DNA of 52,893 bases from Octopus bimaculoides. Its lineage: Eukaryota. Below, one piece after another: positions 37,962-49,690 of this stretch. Position 1 is the stretch's first letter; the number at the start of each line of letters is the position of its first letter. Under the pieces are notes generated by a model. The model saw only the letters and a program-made list of their open reading frames with translations. It made no database searches and was not told where the DNA came from. The stretch covers positions 45,673,387 to 45,726,279 of the forward strand of contig NC_068989.1 of assembly GCF_001194135.2 (NCBI RefSeq). Direction: 5' to 3'. Both the position numbers and the translations under genes were made by a program.

Positions 37962-38087
37962 AGACCGATAGAACAAGTACCGGGCTTTTAAAAGAATAAG
38001 TACTGGGGTCGATTCGTTCAACTAAATTTCTCCAATGCTGTACCCTAGCATGGCCACGGTTTAATGACTGAAACAAAAGATAAAAGG
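37962..38087 (+). mobile_element. Isolated SINE family A 3' tail
   Basis: gaccgatagaacaagtacc..gaataagtactggggtcgattcgttcaactaaa..agcatggccacggtttaatgactgaaacaaaagataaaag. Confidence 0.65.
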
Positions 38088-39759
38088 TACGTATTAAGGT
38101 GGGGAAATGTGAAGCGTAGGATTACGGAAGGCATAGACGGAGAAACTTAGAAACTCTGCCGAAGTAAAATTCTGAAAGAATGGAAGGGTTTGAAGTGGAA
38201 AGGCATAATAATAGGGAATGGAGTGATTCGGAAGACAGGATATCAGAGCAAGTTTATGGATTTAAAAATGAAAGCCAGTGAAAATGGTTATATGTGGGAA
38301 ATGTGGTCGAATGAAATCATGGTAGCGTGGCGAAGAGAAAAGTTAGGACTCTGGAATTTTGGTGATATGGAGACATGGAAGTCTTAAAGTAGTGGAGATT
38401 TAACTGTGTGGAAATCTGAAAATGTGAAGTGGGAACAGTGTGAAAATGTGGCAAATTAGGGAATGAGAAGGGAGTAAGTGTAGAGATGTAGAAATGGTGT
38501 GGAATGTTGGATTTTTAAGGAATGGAATGATTGAATGAATTGAAACTACGGAATAGTAGAAGTTTGTATACTTTTAAAGACCTGTTGGAATAGAGTGGCA
38601 CAGAAATTAGGCTTAAATCAATATCTATTACCTGAGGTAATAGATATGTGATATGAACATGAAGGTAAGAAGTTTTCAAGATTTATTTGGGGAAATAGGA
38701 AAATAAATAATTTAAGATATGTTATTAGATTAAATGAGTAGACAAATAAAGACGTGCAGTTGTTGAAAAGCGGATGAGTAAAGATGTAAAGATATAGAGA
38801 AAAACTAATGAAGAAATATCTGCATATGTATATGCGAATGAGGAGATCAAATGTGGAGAAAAAAGAGGTTCGGTGAAGCATGGGGATGTAGAAAACTGGA
38901 GTGAATGATCATATGGACATATAAACAACAAGTGCAAAATTGAAAGTGGCCATATATAAATAAAAGTTGGTATCTAGATATAATGAACAGAAATTGAGTA
39001 GAAGTGTAACTAGAGGATATTAGATGGTAATCTGAAGAAATGTGGAAGAGTGGCATGTATAGAAATGACGGAAGAAGATGCCTTTGAAAATTAAGAAATA
39101 AACGTAAGCCGGTCAATTTAGAAATATGTAAAGAAACTAATAGATAAATAACTGACATTTAAAATATATTTCTTTCTTCTTACAGCGATGTATTAAGGAT
39201 GATATTATAGCTAAGGTATTTTCTTTTTTATGTTAGCATACTTATTAGCAAATATACTATCATTTTAAATCTTAATAGATATGGTATATAATTTGTGCAA
39301 CTGCGTTTGGGTGTATTGTGAGAGCTAGGTGTTGAGAGGTTTTCTTGCTTCTATTGCCTTGGAATATAGGCGGTGTTGATTTTGAAAATGTTTCATTGAA
39401 AGGAAATCAGACTTTAAAATATGAAATAAAAGTACGCGTAATTTCATGAAAAAATGCTTATATAGTATATATTCTTGTTCTGGCGTACTTTTCTATTTAA
39501 GTATTAGATCTTTTCCAAAATGTTAGCAATTATATATTATCTCAGATCTATCATTTGCTTAATTCAATCTTATTATTATCTTTTATTTACGTAATTAAAT
39601 GTTATTTTTCTATAAAGGAGATATTGTAATCCACAGACTTCCTTAATTTACAAACATAAAATGTTTCGTACCTACTTATACATACACACATAAGTTCTTT
39701 CTCTCTCTCTCTCTTTCAACACACACACACACACACACACACATACACACACGTACACG

Positions 39760-39791
<32 letters not shown>

Positions 39792-40466
39792 AGTAACACA
39801 CAAAGAATGAAGTATTATGCATTCTCTTTTTCGCATACGTTCTTTTGGCATTTCGAAATTTGGCGATGCAGTAAACATGCTTATTGTATAAAGTCATATT
39901 TGTTCGACTAAGAGATACAGAGATAGATAAATTTCTATCTTTGACAAGCATCGAATGGTGCTAAATTTCTCTTTCTCCGTAGAATCGTAGTCGACCACAA
40001 ACGGGATCAATTAATATAGATTACTTCAAATTACTACATTGCATTATTTTGAAACGGTCAACAATATATAAAACGCGCGTGAGCGAACTGAAGAACGTTT
40101 CATCCCCTATTCTTTGTCTTTCATCTGTGCTCCGTGAACTTAGACTAAATTTATTCGGTGTTTGAACTTCGGTCTTACTCACTGTACTTACAGTGGAAAG
40201 TAATTTTACGCCAACGTGATTTGCGTAACCTTTCACTAGACAGTTTAGATAGCCAAGTTTTCTCTCTACGGATCGCTTACAATATTCATCTGCATTTTAA
40301 ATCACTTCTGTTACCTTTGTCTGTCTATCTATCTATCTGTGTGTATGTCTCTCTGTCCGCGTGTGTGTGTATGTGTGTGTGTGTGTAAATCCTGAGTTCG
40401 CTTCCTTGGGTTTCATACAGTGTACTAGGTTTATAACCAAGACATCATAAAGAAGAAAGGAAGATA

Positions 40467-41722
40467 TCAGGCTGAGTAAAAAATAAGGAATGTTTTCAGC
40501 AATGCGGAAATTTTATTCATCAAAGTAAGTACCATTAAAATCAACGCATTTTTGCTAACGAATTACAAGTTTGTTTAATCCGATAACATAAAAATCTGAA
40601 GTTCTGAAGCTGATGAACTCTTTGAAAGCACTTTCAGTATCGGTGTGATTTCTGAACTCTTTCTCTCGCAGGAAACCACCAAGGTGCCTGAAAAAGTGGT
40701 AGTCGGGAGGAGAAAGGCCTGGGGAATAAATTGAGTGGGGAAGAACTTCGTAGTCAAGTTCCTTCAATTTCTGGAGCGCCATTAGTAAAAATTGTGATCA
40801 AGCATTGTCAGGAAGAATGATAGGCCCTATTCCGCTGACCAGTCTTGAACTGAGGAGTAGCAGTTTTACGATCATGTTGACAATTTCATGGCAATATGTT
40901 TCTGCAGTAATGCTTTTTCCAGGTTTTGAAAAGTTATAGTGGGTGAGTCCAGCAGTACACCACCAAGCAGTCACCATAACCGTCTTTTTGAAGAGCTCGG
41001 GTTTATGGAGGGTTTTCGGTGCTTCATTTTGATTCAAACACTGCGAAGCACGTTTTGTTTTATCTTACAAAATCCGCTTTTCATCGCAAGTTACAATACC
41101 ATCGAGAAATAGATTGGTCTGGTTACTGAGAAGAGACGAGCCAATTTCATATCTGCGCATTTTCTGATTTTCATTCAAATCCTGTCGAAACCATTTGTCG
41201 AGCTGTTTTAATTTTCCGATCGCATGCAAATGGTTGCAAGCAGTTTTCTGGCTAACTTGAAGTTCTTTTACCAGTTCTCGAGTGGTTTTACGTGCATCTT
41301 TCTCAATGACGGTCTTTAATTAACCGTCATCGATAACAAATGGTCGTCCAGTACACTCGCAATCTTCAAGGCTCATATCTCCACTGCGAAATCGTTCATA
41401 ACATTTTCCAGCTGACCACTCACTGGTCATTTCTTCACCAAACGTTTCTTTGATATCGCGAGCAGTTTCAGCTGCTTTACGTCTTTTTTTTTTTAATTTG
41501 AATAGCAAAATTGCTCACTGTGCTTTGACAGTCCCATTTCGGATTATTCTAACAACGGTGAAAAAAATATCTTTGTTAATTTATTGATGCATCTGGGCAA
41601 GTCTATGTCTGTAGTATCAGACAATTTCAAAAGAACGTGTTTTAAAAAAATTAAAAACTCTGCAAAAATCCGGTACAAATTCTTCATGGTTCAAAATGTT
41701 GCTTACTTTTTACTCAATCTGA
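40467..41722 (-). mobile_element. Full-length mariner (DD34D) element, 1256 bp, inactivated
   Basis: TA-flanked TIRs tcaggctgagtaaaaaataaggaatgtt (from 40467) and tcagattgagtaaaaagtaagcaacatt (minus strand from 41722); TA at 40465-40466 and 41723-41724. Confidence 0.92.
40513..41537 (-). pseudogene. Mariner transposase pseudogene
   Basis: ATG at 41537; KAAETARDIKETFG, RFRSGDMSLED..GRP, IVTCDEK (D1), VMVTAWW, ILPDNA (D2), YSPGLSPPDYHFF (D3), CVDFNGTYFDE*; several stops and frameshifts. Confidence 0.92.
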
Positions 41723-42490
41723 TATATACATGTTCACAATTTATTTACCAAACTATTATTTTCATCAAATTACAACACGACACGTGTTTCTGTTGGATAA
41801 GTGTCCTAGTGTCATTTCATGTAGCAGTTACGTGCATTTGGCTGATTGACATTAAATCAATTACAATACATATGTGGAAGAAGAGGGAGGGCACAACGAT
41901 GAGCGACCGGAAGGCAGCGGAAGTAGCATCACTTCAAGAAGTATTGGATTCAAAACAGCATGTTCTTCGTCAGTGTATGATGTAGGAAAAATGTGTTTGG
42001 GGGACAATCTTAGGGGAGTGGTTGTTTCTGACCAGAAGCTCGAGTAGAGGTTACATGTGGCTACGCCTGTTAAATTTTGCTGGTTCCTGTGACCCAACGT
42101 TTGGATTGACTGTTGCCGCTTGCATCTCGAGGTAAGTGCAACCTTTATTTGTGCATTCCAGCCACAGCATATACATGCAAATACTGATATTCCTATGCAG
42201 TTTTGTTCAAGCTGTTATTCATACGGTGGGTGAAGCGAACTGAAGATTAAGTATTAGATATATATTCTTAATGTATATATCTGAAACTATATTGTTCAAT
42301 GTGTCCTCCCTTTATGCCAGAGAGAGAATTTGATATTTGCGGATATTTTATAACTATTTCAAGCATATCATAGATGTGAGAGTGATGGAGATTATGAGAG
42401 GAGGAGTTAATGAGAAGAAGAGATAAATGGGGTAAAGAACATAGTCCAAAAGAAAGTATGTGTAGATGGTGTAGATGGTGTAGATGGTAC

Positions 42491-43073
42491 TCTTTTACAC
42501 GTTTCAGTCATTTGACTGTGGCCATGCTGGAGCACCGCCTTTAGTCGAACAAATCGACCCCAGGACTTATTCTTTGTAAGCCTAGTACTTATTCTATCGG
42601 TTTCTTTTGCCGAACCGCTAGGTTACGGGGACGTAAATACACCAGCATCGGTTGTCAAGCGATGTTGGGGGGACAAACACAGACACACAAACATATACAC
42701 ACACACATACACATACATATACACATANNNNNNNNNNNNNNNNNNNNNNNNNNNNNNNNNNNNNNNNNNNNNNNNNNNNNNNNNNNNNNNNNNNNNNNNN
42801 NNNNNNNNNNNNNNNNNNNNNNNNNNNNNNNNNNNNNNNNNNNNNNNNNNNNNNNNNNNNNNNNNNNNNNNNNNNNNNNNNNNNNNNNATATATATATAC
42901 ATATATACGACGGTCTTCTTTCAGTTTCCGTCTACCAAATCCACTCACAAGGCTTTGGTCGGCCCGAAGCTATAGTAGAAGACACTTGCCCAAGGTGCCA
43001 CGCAGTGGGAATGAACCCGGAGTCATGTGGTTGGTACCCAAGCTACTTACCACACAGTCACTCCTGCGCCTAT
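42491..43073 (-). mobile_element. SINE family A, best-preserved copy, with an internal microsatellite and N gap
   Basis: Minus strand: taggcgcaggagtgactgtgtggtaagtagc..gggttcattcccactgcgtggcaccttgggcaag..(TA/TG)n..gtccccgtaacctagcggttcggcaaaag..ggggtcgatttgttcgactaaaggcggtgctccagcatggccacagtcaaatgactgaaac. Confidence 0.88.
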
Positions 43074-43694
43074 TTAATATTTCGAAAGGGAAATATATTT
43101 TGTTTGTAGCAAGACAATTCTATGAACTTGAGAAAGACAGAGGGGAAGAATATAGAAGAAACCAAAAAGCAAGCAAGAATTTGAGTAAAACGTGAATAGA
43201 ATAAAGCGCTCATGTGTGTGGATATGTTTTTAATGAATCTGGGAGCGTATTCGTAAAAAGGGATGACGAGAAATCGTTTGAGAAAAGAATAAATATTGAT
43301 AATAGGAAATGCTTAAATGTTTCTGCAGCATTCTGTTTGTGTGTGTATGTGAGTGCATGTGTGTGTGTTTGTATGTGTATGTGTTTGTGTGATTGTGTGT
43401 GAGTATGCGTGCCTGTTATGTTACATAACCGCCATGGCATCCGTGTTTCAGAGAACGTGTGAGTGACTAAGTGCGTTTAGGGTTCTGCAATTCCCGTTGC
43501 ATAGATGTATGTGATTATGTGTATGAACGTGTGTCTTAGAAAGCAAGTACAAAAAGTAGATAATTCCAATTATATATAGATTTTCTATTTATAATAGAAA
43601 AATCTACCATTATTGGTTCCTACATTGTCACAAGACCACAAATGAAAGTGGGATGTTAGTTTGATAATGGTGGTGCGGTAGGTGATTACTACGG

Positions 43695-44142
43695 CAGCGG
43701 TGGTGGTGGTGGTGGTGGTGGTGGTGGTGGTGGTGGTGGTGGTGGTGGTGGTGGTGGTACTTGTCGTCATCGTTGTCGGAGTATATTCCAGATCTCTAGT
43801 ACGTGCTTCCTATATATTCTTTCAAGCCACGAAGGTTAAAGTCAAAGTAGACCTCTGTGAGTTACCAAACTAAAGGGACGTAACTAAATGCATCAAAGCA
43901 TTTTATACGTGGTTCTACAATTATTGCCAATTCATCACCTTTGAACAATTAACAATACATATTTTAAATATTGCTATAAAGCCAGACGACTTGAAGGATG
44001 TTACAATTCATTATCTAAGACTATTGCATAATCTAGCCTTCCTTCCTTCCTTCCTTCCTTCAGGTGTGATTTGTAGTATGTTCGTCTTTAATTTCTAGCA
44101 GGTCTAGTAAACAGGTAGATGCATTTGCTTGTTAGCTAGAAG

Positions 44143-44236
<94 letters not shown>

Positions 44237-44240
44237 AATA
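43695..44240. repeat. Cluster of simple repeats: (GGT)n, (CCTT)n, (GATA)n, (GTA)n
   Basis: Directly visible. Confidence 0.9.
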
Positions 44241-44439
44241 GTGATGTCGTTGGTGCTGTTGTGGTTGTGGTTGTGGTCGTGGTCGCAGTAGTAGCAGTGG
44301 TGGTGCTTTGTTGGTGTAGGTGTTGGTGGTGGTTGTTATGATGGAGGTGACGTAACAGTCACACGTGATGTCGGGAAAATTATTCTTGTCTTCTTCATTA
44401 CATCATTAAGTGTTCTTACAAAGCTAGCATAATAGACAG

Positions 44440-44960
44440 CCTTTCGATCGCACCGGGTCGCCGGTCACCGGTGGCAGCCAGCTCTTTGGTCGTTCTGAAC
44501 GACGACGCTACTGCTAATCGTTTGCTTCCAAGAGAGAGTCCGAGTTACTCCCACCGTTTGCCCGTGCTTAGTCCAACGTGTCTTCTTCATTTCAAAGCAC
44601 TAGGCAGAGATCGCCAGATCGCGTTCGTGCGCGCCGACCGGCACACGAACTCGTGTTCGATAGCGCTGACGACGACGGCCTCTCGATCGCACCGCGTCGC
44701 GAGTTCGCAGTCCTCAGGCCGGCCGTCCTGTTTGTCAAAGAAAATCTTGCTTCGACAGAACAAGGCAATCACGTGGACCAGGCGTCCGCCTCGGTCTCTG
44801 TCTTCTCGTTACCCCTTGGTTGCGCTGCGCACTCGCCTCTGCAAGCAAAGGCGTACCGACTCACCGTGGCTGCGGCTTTCCTGTCACTCGACTGTTTCTC
44901 CTCTTCCGTTCGTCGTTCGTCGTTCATCTTCCTTTCCGCTGCGCACTCTGCGAATCTGAT
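44440..44960. promoter_or_regulatory. CpG-rich island, candidate promoter/5' end
   Basis: Abrupt GC and CpG enrichment in an AT-rich window; CACGTG E-boxes near 44362 and 44769; CCAAT near 45078; an internal 18-nt direct repeat. The function is inferred only. Confidence 0.4.
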
Positions 44961-45769
44961 TTAGAAGCCAAATCACGACAAATAGTCCACTTTTTCCTCT
45001 GTCGACAATTATTCTGGATCTGCTGTCCCCGAGCTCACATTCATATCACAGAAGCATTCGTACATCAGCACCCTACTAACCAATAATAATTCATCGCAGA
45101 ATCTCACTTCTTCATGATGCTATGGTCCACGATTTTAAGGTTCTTTAATATCAAAGTTATCAGCTCAATCTTTCTGAGCGAGCCTCCATACACCTTCTTA
45201 AGACTTTACTGTAACTGACACAACAGTCTGGTCGGTGTCGGTAGCTCCTTAAACCCTAATTACACTGTACCTGGAATATCTATCTCATCTGCTTTGATGG
45301 TGTGTATGACAACTGATTTTCTTTTCTATTTCTAGTATCACAACTCCGTCTTTCAAATTACCCACTTCATTACGTGTTTCTCTAGTACCGTTATATGATT
45401 TACATTAAAGTAGGGCTATGAATTATGTTGTACATAGCTGAAGCTATCTGATGCTCGCAAGATCTTTTCAAATTGTATCTGTTTGAAGTCGGGCACACCA
45501 CAACCGGGTTTCCTTGACCCAAGATACGTCAGTTGTACTTCCTCAGTTCTACCAGTACTTTGCTATCTCTGAAGTAATCCTAGAGAACGATTCCACATTT
45601 CAGCAACTTCTAGAAGAATGGTATATTTTCCAGTATGTTCGCTGTTACTCGATAGCATAAGGATGTGTGTGTGATGGCAGTGGTGAGTGTTATACAACTG
45701 TTCTAGCTTTAATGATGTAATGAAGAAGACAAAAATATTTTCGACATCACCACCACCAACACCAACAAA

Positions 45770-45788
45770 GTACCACCACCACCACCAG

Positions 45789-45842
<54 letters not shown>

Positions 45843-45914
45843 CGCAATCACATACATTCTCTCTTTGTCGCTCTTTCTCTCACTCTCTCACTGGCTCTCT
45901 CACTTTCTCTCTCA

Positions 45915-45961
<47 letters not shown>

Positions 45962-45965
45962 TTTC
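45770..45965. repeat. (CAC)n, (TAC)n and (CT)n microsatellites
   Basis: Directly visible. Confidence 0.9.
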
Positions 45966-45969
45966 TTTC

Positions 45970-46200
45970 TCTTGCTCGATGGGGCTGCGGTCCTCCCAGG
46001 TTAGCAATAACCGTGCGTATAGCCGACCAGGTCCATCAGTGCCTCCCATCGCCGACGGTCGCGTTCCAGCTCATCTGCCTCCTCCAAGATGACGTCGAAC
46101 TTCTAGAGATCTTCCTTAATCACGTTCAGCCATTTGGTGCAGCGTCGAACGTGATGATCTGGCGGGAGGCAGAGGACATGTCCGTACCAGCGCATGCGAC
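45970..46200 (-). mobile_element. RTE-clade LINE 3' end (internally deleted)
   Basis: RMRWYGHVLCLPPDHHVR..KWLNVIKEDL*KF..ELERDRRRWEALMDLVG, then a short 3'UTR ending ccgcagccccatcgagc. Confidence 0.7.
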
Positions 46201-47949
46201 CGATGACTATAAGGCGGGAGGAATATAAAAAAGAAACGAGACCTTTTTTCAAAAGAAAAATATCTTATTTCTACAATTTGCCACCTTGCAGATATTCTGA
46301 TGAAATAAAATCGAACACTTCAATCGGAGGCAGAGAAAAACATAACATATACACACGCACACACTTACATGTATGCGTGCAAGAGATCGGTGTATTGTGT
46401 TATACAATGATAAATATAAGCAACGATATTTGCCCATGGGAAATGATATAGCGTGTTATGAATGAATCGCTGCATCTATATACTGATGTGTCAGCTATAG
46501 TATTGTAGACAGCAACAAAAGTTACATATATAAAGAGAACAATATTCACTAAATAACAATCGCAAAGAACACCAGAAACGGTATTAACAATCATACTTAG
46601 AACTTCACACAAACCCCCAAGACACACAGATATCTCCAATGATGTTTTCCAAAGAGACAAACTATAAGAAAATAACAACCAAAAACATATTTCCTGTTTG
46701 TTGAGTCTGAGGATAAAATAGCAGACTGAAATCGTCCACAATGAAACGTTGGGCTAATTAAGCTCACACACACACACACACACACGCACGCACACAGAAG
46801 CATTCGTACATAGATATAAGCATCTTCACATTTACATACACATATAGCATGAATCTACATACAAACATCGAAATCATAGAAGCATACACTTGTCTTACGA
46901 AACACATATTCACATATTGCATGTGTGCATATGTGTCTATTTACTCACCTATGTATGTATGCATGTATGTATGTATATATGTATGTATGTATATATGTAT
47001 GTATGCATGTATGTATGCATGTATGTATGCATGTATTGTATGTATATATNNNNNNNNNNNNNNNNNNNNNNNNNNNNNNNNNNNNNNNNNNNNNNNNNNN
47101 NNNNNNNNNNNNNNNNNNNNNNNNNNNNNNNNNNNNNNNNNNNNNNNNNNNNNNNNNNNNNNNNNNNNNNNNNNNNNNNNNNNNNNNNNNNNNNNNNNNN
47201 NNNNNNNNNNNNNNNNNNNNNNNNNNNNNNNNNNNNNNNNNNNNNNNNNNNNNNNNNNNNNNNNNNNNNNNNNNNNNNNNNNNNNNNNNNNNNNNNNNNN
47301 NNNNNNNNNNNNNNNNNNNNNNNNNNNNNNNNNNNNNNNNNNNNNNNNNNNNNNNNNNNNNNNNNNNNNNNNNNNNNNNNNNNNNNNNNNNNNNNNNNNN
47401 NNNNNNNNNNNNNNNNNNNNNNNNNNNNNNNNNNNNNNNNNNNNNNNNNNNNNNNNNNNNNNNNNNNNNNNNNNNNNNNNNNNNNNNNNNNNNNNNNNNN
47501 TATATATATATATATATATCAGCAGGATCACTAAGCAGTGTTGAAAGAAATATTGACACGTGTACTCTTGTAATGTCATAAAAAAAGATCTTCTAGACAG
47601 TGAACCTGTAAACACACCACTAGACCATGGATGATGCCACCAGCTGCGTCGTTCATGTTTCTTAGTGTGCCTCTGATTAATAAATTTCAGCTTGACAATG
47701 CTTTTTCTCACGTGAGCATAAGTACCGTTTGCAATTCTGATATATGAGCAAACAGTTCTTAGTGGCAATATCCGATGGATCGGTATATGTAGCAGATAAA
47801 GCTTCAGAGTACAGAAACGCATACGTCCTAAGTTCCGTTGACGTCATTCATGCACTAATGGTTTGTTTGCATCTCTACTGCTTGTAAGGAGAATTTCATG
47901 TCTCGAGACAATATACAGTGATGTACAACTATATACACATGTTTCTGTA

Positions 47950-48900
47950 TACCTGCTGCGTAGATAATCTTACTGATATCAGCTAATGGAGGTGTTTCTT
48001 TTCCATTCACCTTAGAGAATGTTGCTTTGGTCAGGAGGTATTGATACTCTCAGACGGTATCTAACGATCGAGTGCTTCGACTCCGTGCTATAACAACACG
48101 TTGGTTGATCAGCCGAGGTGGTCAAATCATTGCTCATCCTCTAACTTTCAGCTAAAATACTGTCTCCTCTTTATAACGAGCAAGAGGATCTTTCTGTAGC
48201 CAAGCCCATCTTGCATATAGCTAGCTTTCACTCTTTTTCTTATTCCAGTTGCTTTGTGAGCATCTTCCATAACGACTCAGTACGGAGTACCGTACAGTCA
48301 CCCTCGACTGAATATAGCCCTGACAGTCATCCTTTTTCTCTGCAATTCTGCACAAAGTTTTCGTAATTGGCACGTTTTTATTCAAAGACTTAGCCGCATC
48401 TTCTACGTGAGTGAAAGTTCGATCAAAATTATTTACTTTAGCTATTTGATACCTCAAAAATTCATTTAACCCCAGTATTGTCTGGACAATCTGAAGGCAC
48501 TGCATTCTTTCTTGCAGGACTACTTTCATATCCCATCATTGGATTCTATTTGTCCTTTTCACTGCCGTTGTTGACTTTTCACCTTCCTTCACGAACTTGA
48601 TTGTTGGCCTTGTTTACTCCTGCTGATTATGTTTCTGGAGCCTTTGCTGTTCCAGGGTGAGAGCGAGTGCTTCAACTACCAAGTTATGGCGCCATTGGTA
48701 TCTCCACTGAGATTAAGTGCATTTTAGCACCCTGGTACGATCTGTGTACGGGTGATCCTTTTCTTCACAAAGCCTGCACAGTTTTCCCCTTTTCAAACCT
48801 CATTTAGTGGGAAAACTGGTAGAGTGGTTACATGACGTAAAAGACAGAAGCCAGGCTGTGACAGCCAATGGAGCACAATGGTGGCAATGTGCAGGTGAAG
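47950..48900 (-). mobile_element. Hero-like (R2-superfamily, RLE) non-LTR retrotransposon 3' fragment
   Basis: CRLCEEK (~48767-48780), RYQWRHNLVVEALA, TIKFVKEGEK, WDMKVVL..IVQT, IILIELS, FE*KRANYENFVQNCREKG*..SLWKMLT..CKMGLATERSSC, followed by a 3'UTR. Confidence 0.75.
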
Positions 48901-48964
48901 GGTCTGATGGATTCCGAGGACTTTCAGAACGAGGAACGAGGAAACTATACTGATTCTATGGAAG

Positions 48965-49430
48965 ACATTTGACCTCAGCCGACTAGACTACTGCTTTCAT
49001 CTCTGATCAGCTCACAGTGTCAAATTAATAGCGGAACGATACTACACCAGGAAGATTGCATGAAAGGAACAACTGAACTACTGGGACAAATTGTAAGAGA
49101 CATAGCTCTATACACTGGAGCGAAGACGGGAGAGACATGCAGTAAAATATGTATGTAAGATCCTGGAGGTGTTAGCATCAATCTTTGGTATCGAGAGCTA
49201 TACCAGCTCTCGAACTGGACGTCATTGCACTCTTCCAAAGAACCCATCCATTCCGTCTAGAGTTATAGTATGTAGTGAAGTAGTTTAGAATTCAGGGTCC
49301 CACGACTATTTAATACCTTGTTAAAATAGTTGCGCGATCTACATGATGCAGGAGTAGATGTTCTCAAGAAACAATTTAACCTCCTGCTGTCCAACTATTA
49401 ACCTAAATGAAGGCAAAAAACTCAGAAGAA
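48965..49430 (+). mobile_element. CR1/L2-group LINE 3' fragment
   Basis: SRLDYC..SAHSVKL..NYWDKL..LYTLERRRERHAVKYVCKILE..GIESYTSSRTGRHC..PRLFNTL..LRDLH..VDVLKKQFNLLLS. Confidence 0.75.
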
Positions 49431-49564
49431 TTCGGCAATATCGAACTCAAACCTTCACTAAAAGACAATCACAAAAGAACGGCAAATGAAATGCTGATAA
49501 CACTGCCGGTGCCCCAACATGGCCACAGCATTTGGGATGAAAATTATGTAAGTATAAAGGAATA

Positions 49565-49690
49565 TGTGTGTGTGTGTGCGTGTGTGCGTACGTGCGTGTG
49601 CGTGCGTGCGTGTGCGTGCGTGCGTGTGTGCGTGCGTGCGTGCGTGCGTGTGCGTGCGTGCGTGTGCGTGCGTGTGCGTGTGTGGGGGGG
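49565..49690. repeat. (GTGC)n/(GT)n microsatellite
   Basis: Directly visible. Confidence 0.9.

Noticed and set aside
41899-41925. Peptide SDRKAA shared between the 41.9-kb short ORF and the 44.9-kb candidate exon
   Set aside because: The codons differ and there is no flanking nucleotide similarity, so it is treated as coincidence.
44471-44964. Overlapping 162-aa and 128-aa + strand ORFs
   Set aside because: GTG/weak starts, R/S-rich composition and no recognisable domain; stop-free frames are expected by chance in GC-rich sequence.
45240-45660. Possible R4-like LINE 3' end on the minus strand
   Set aside because: Only vague resemblance; I could not read a diagnostic motif.
47520-47880. Minus-strand FCTLK..IRIANGTYAHVRK as an RTE RT fragment
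   Set aside because: It is a single weak motif; the adjacent ORF turned out to be Hero-like, which removes the supporting context.
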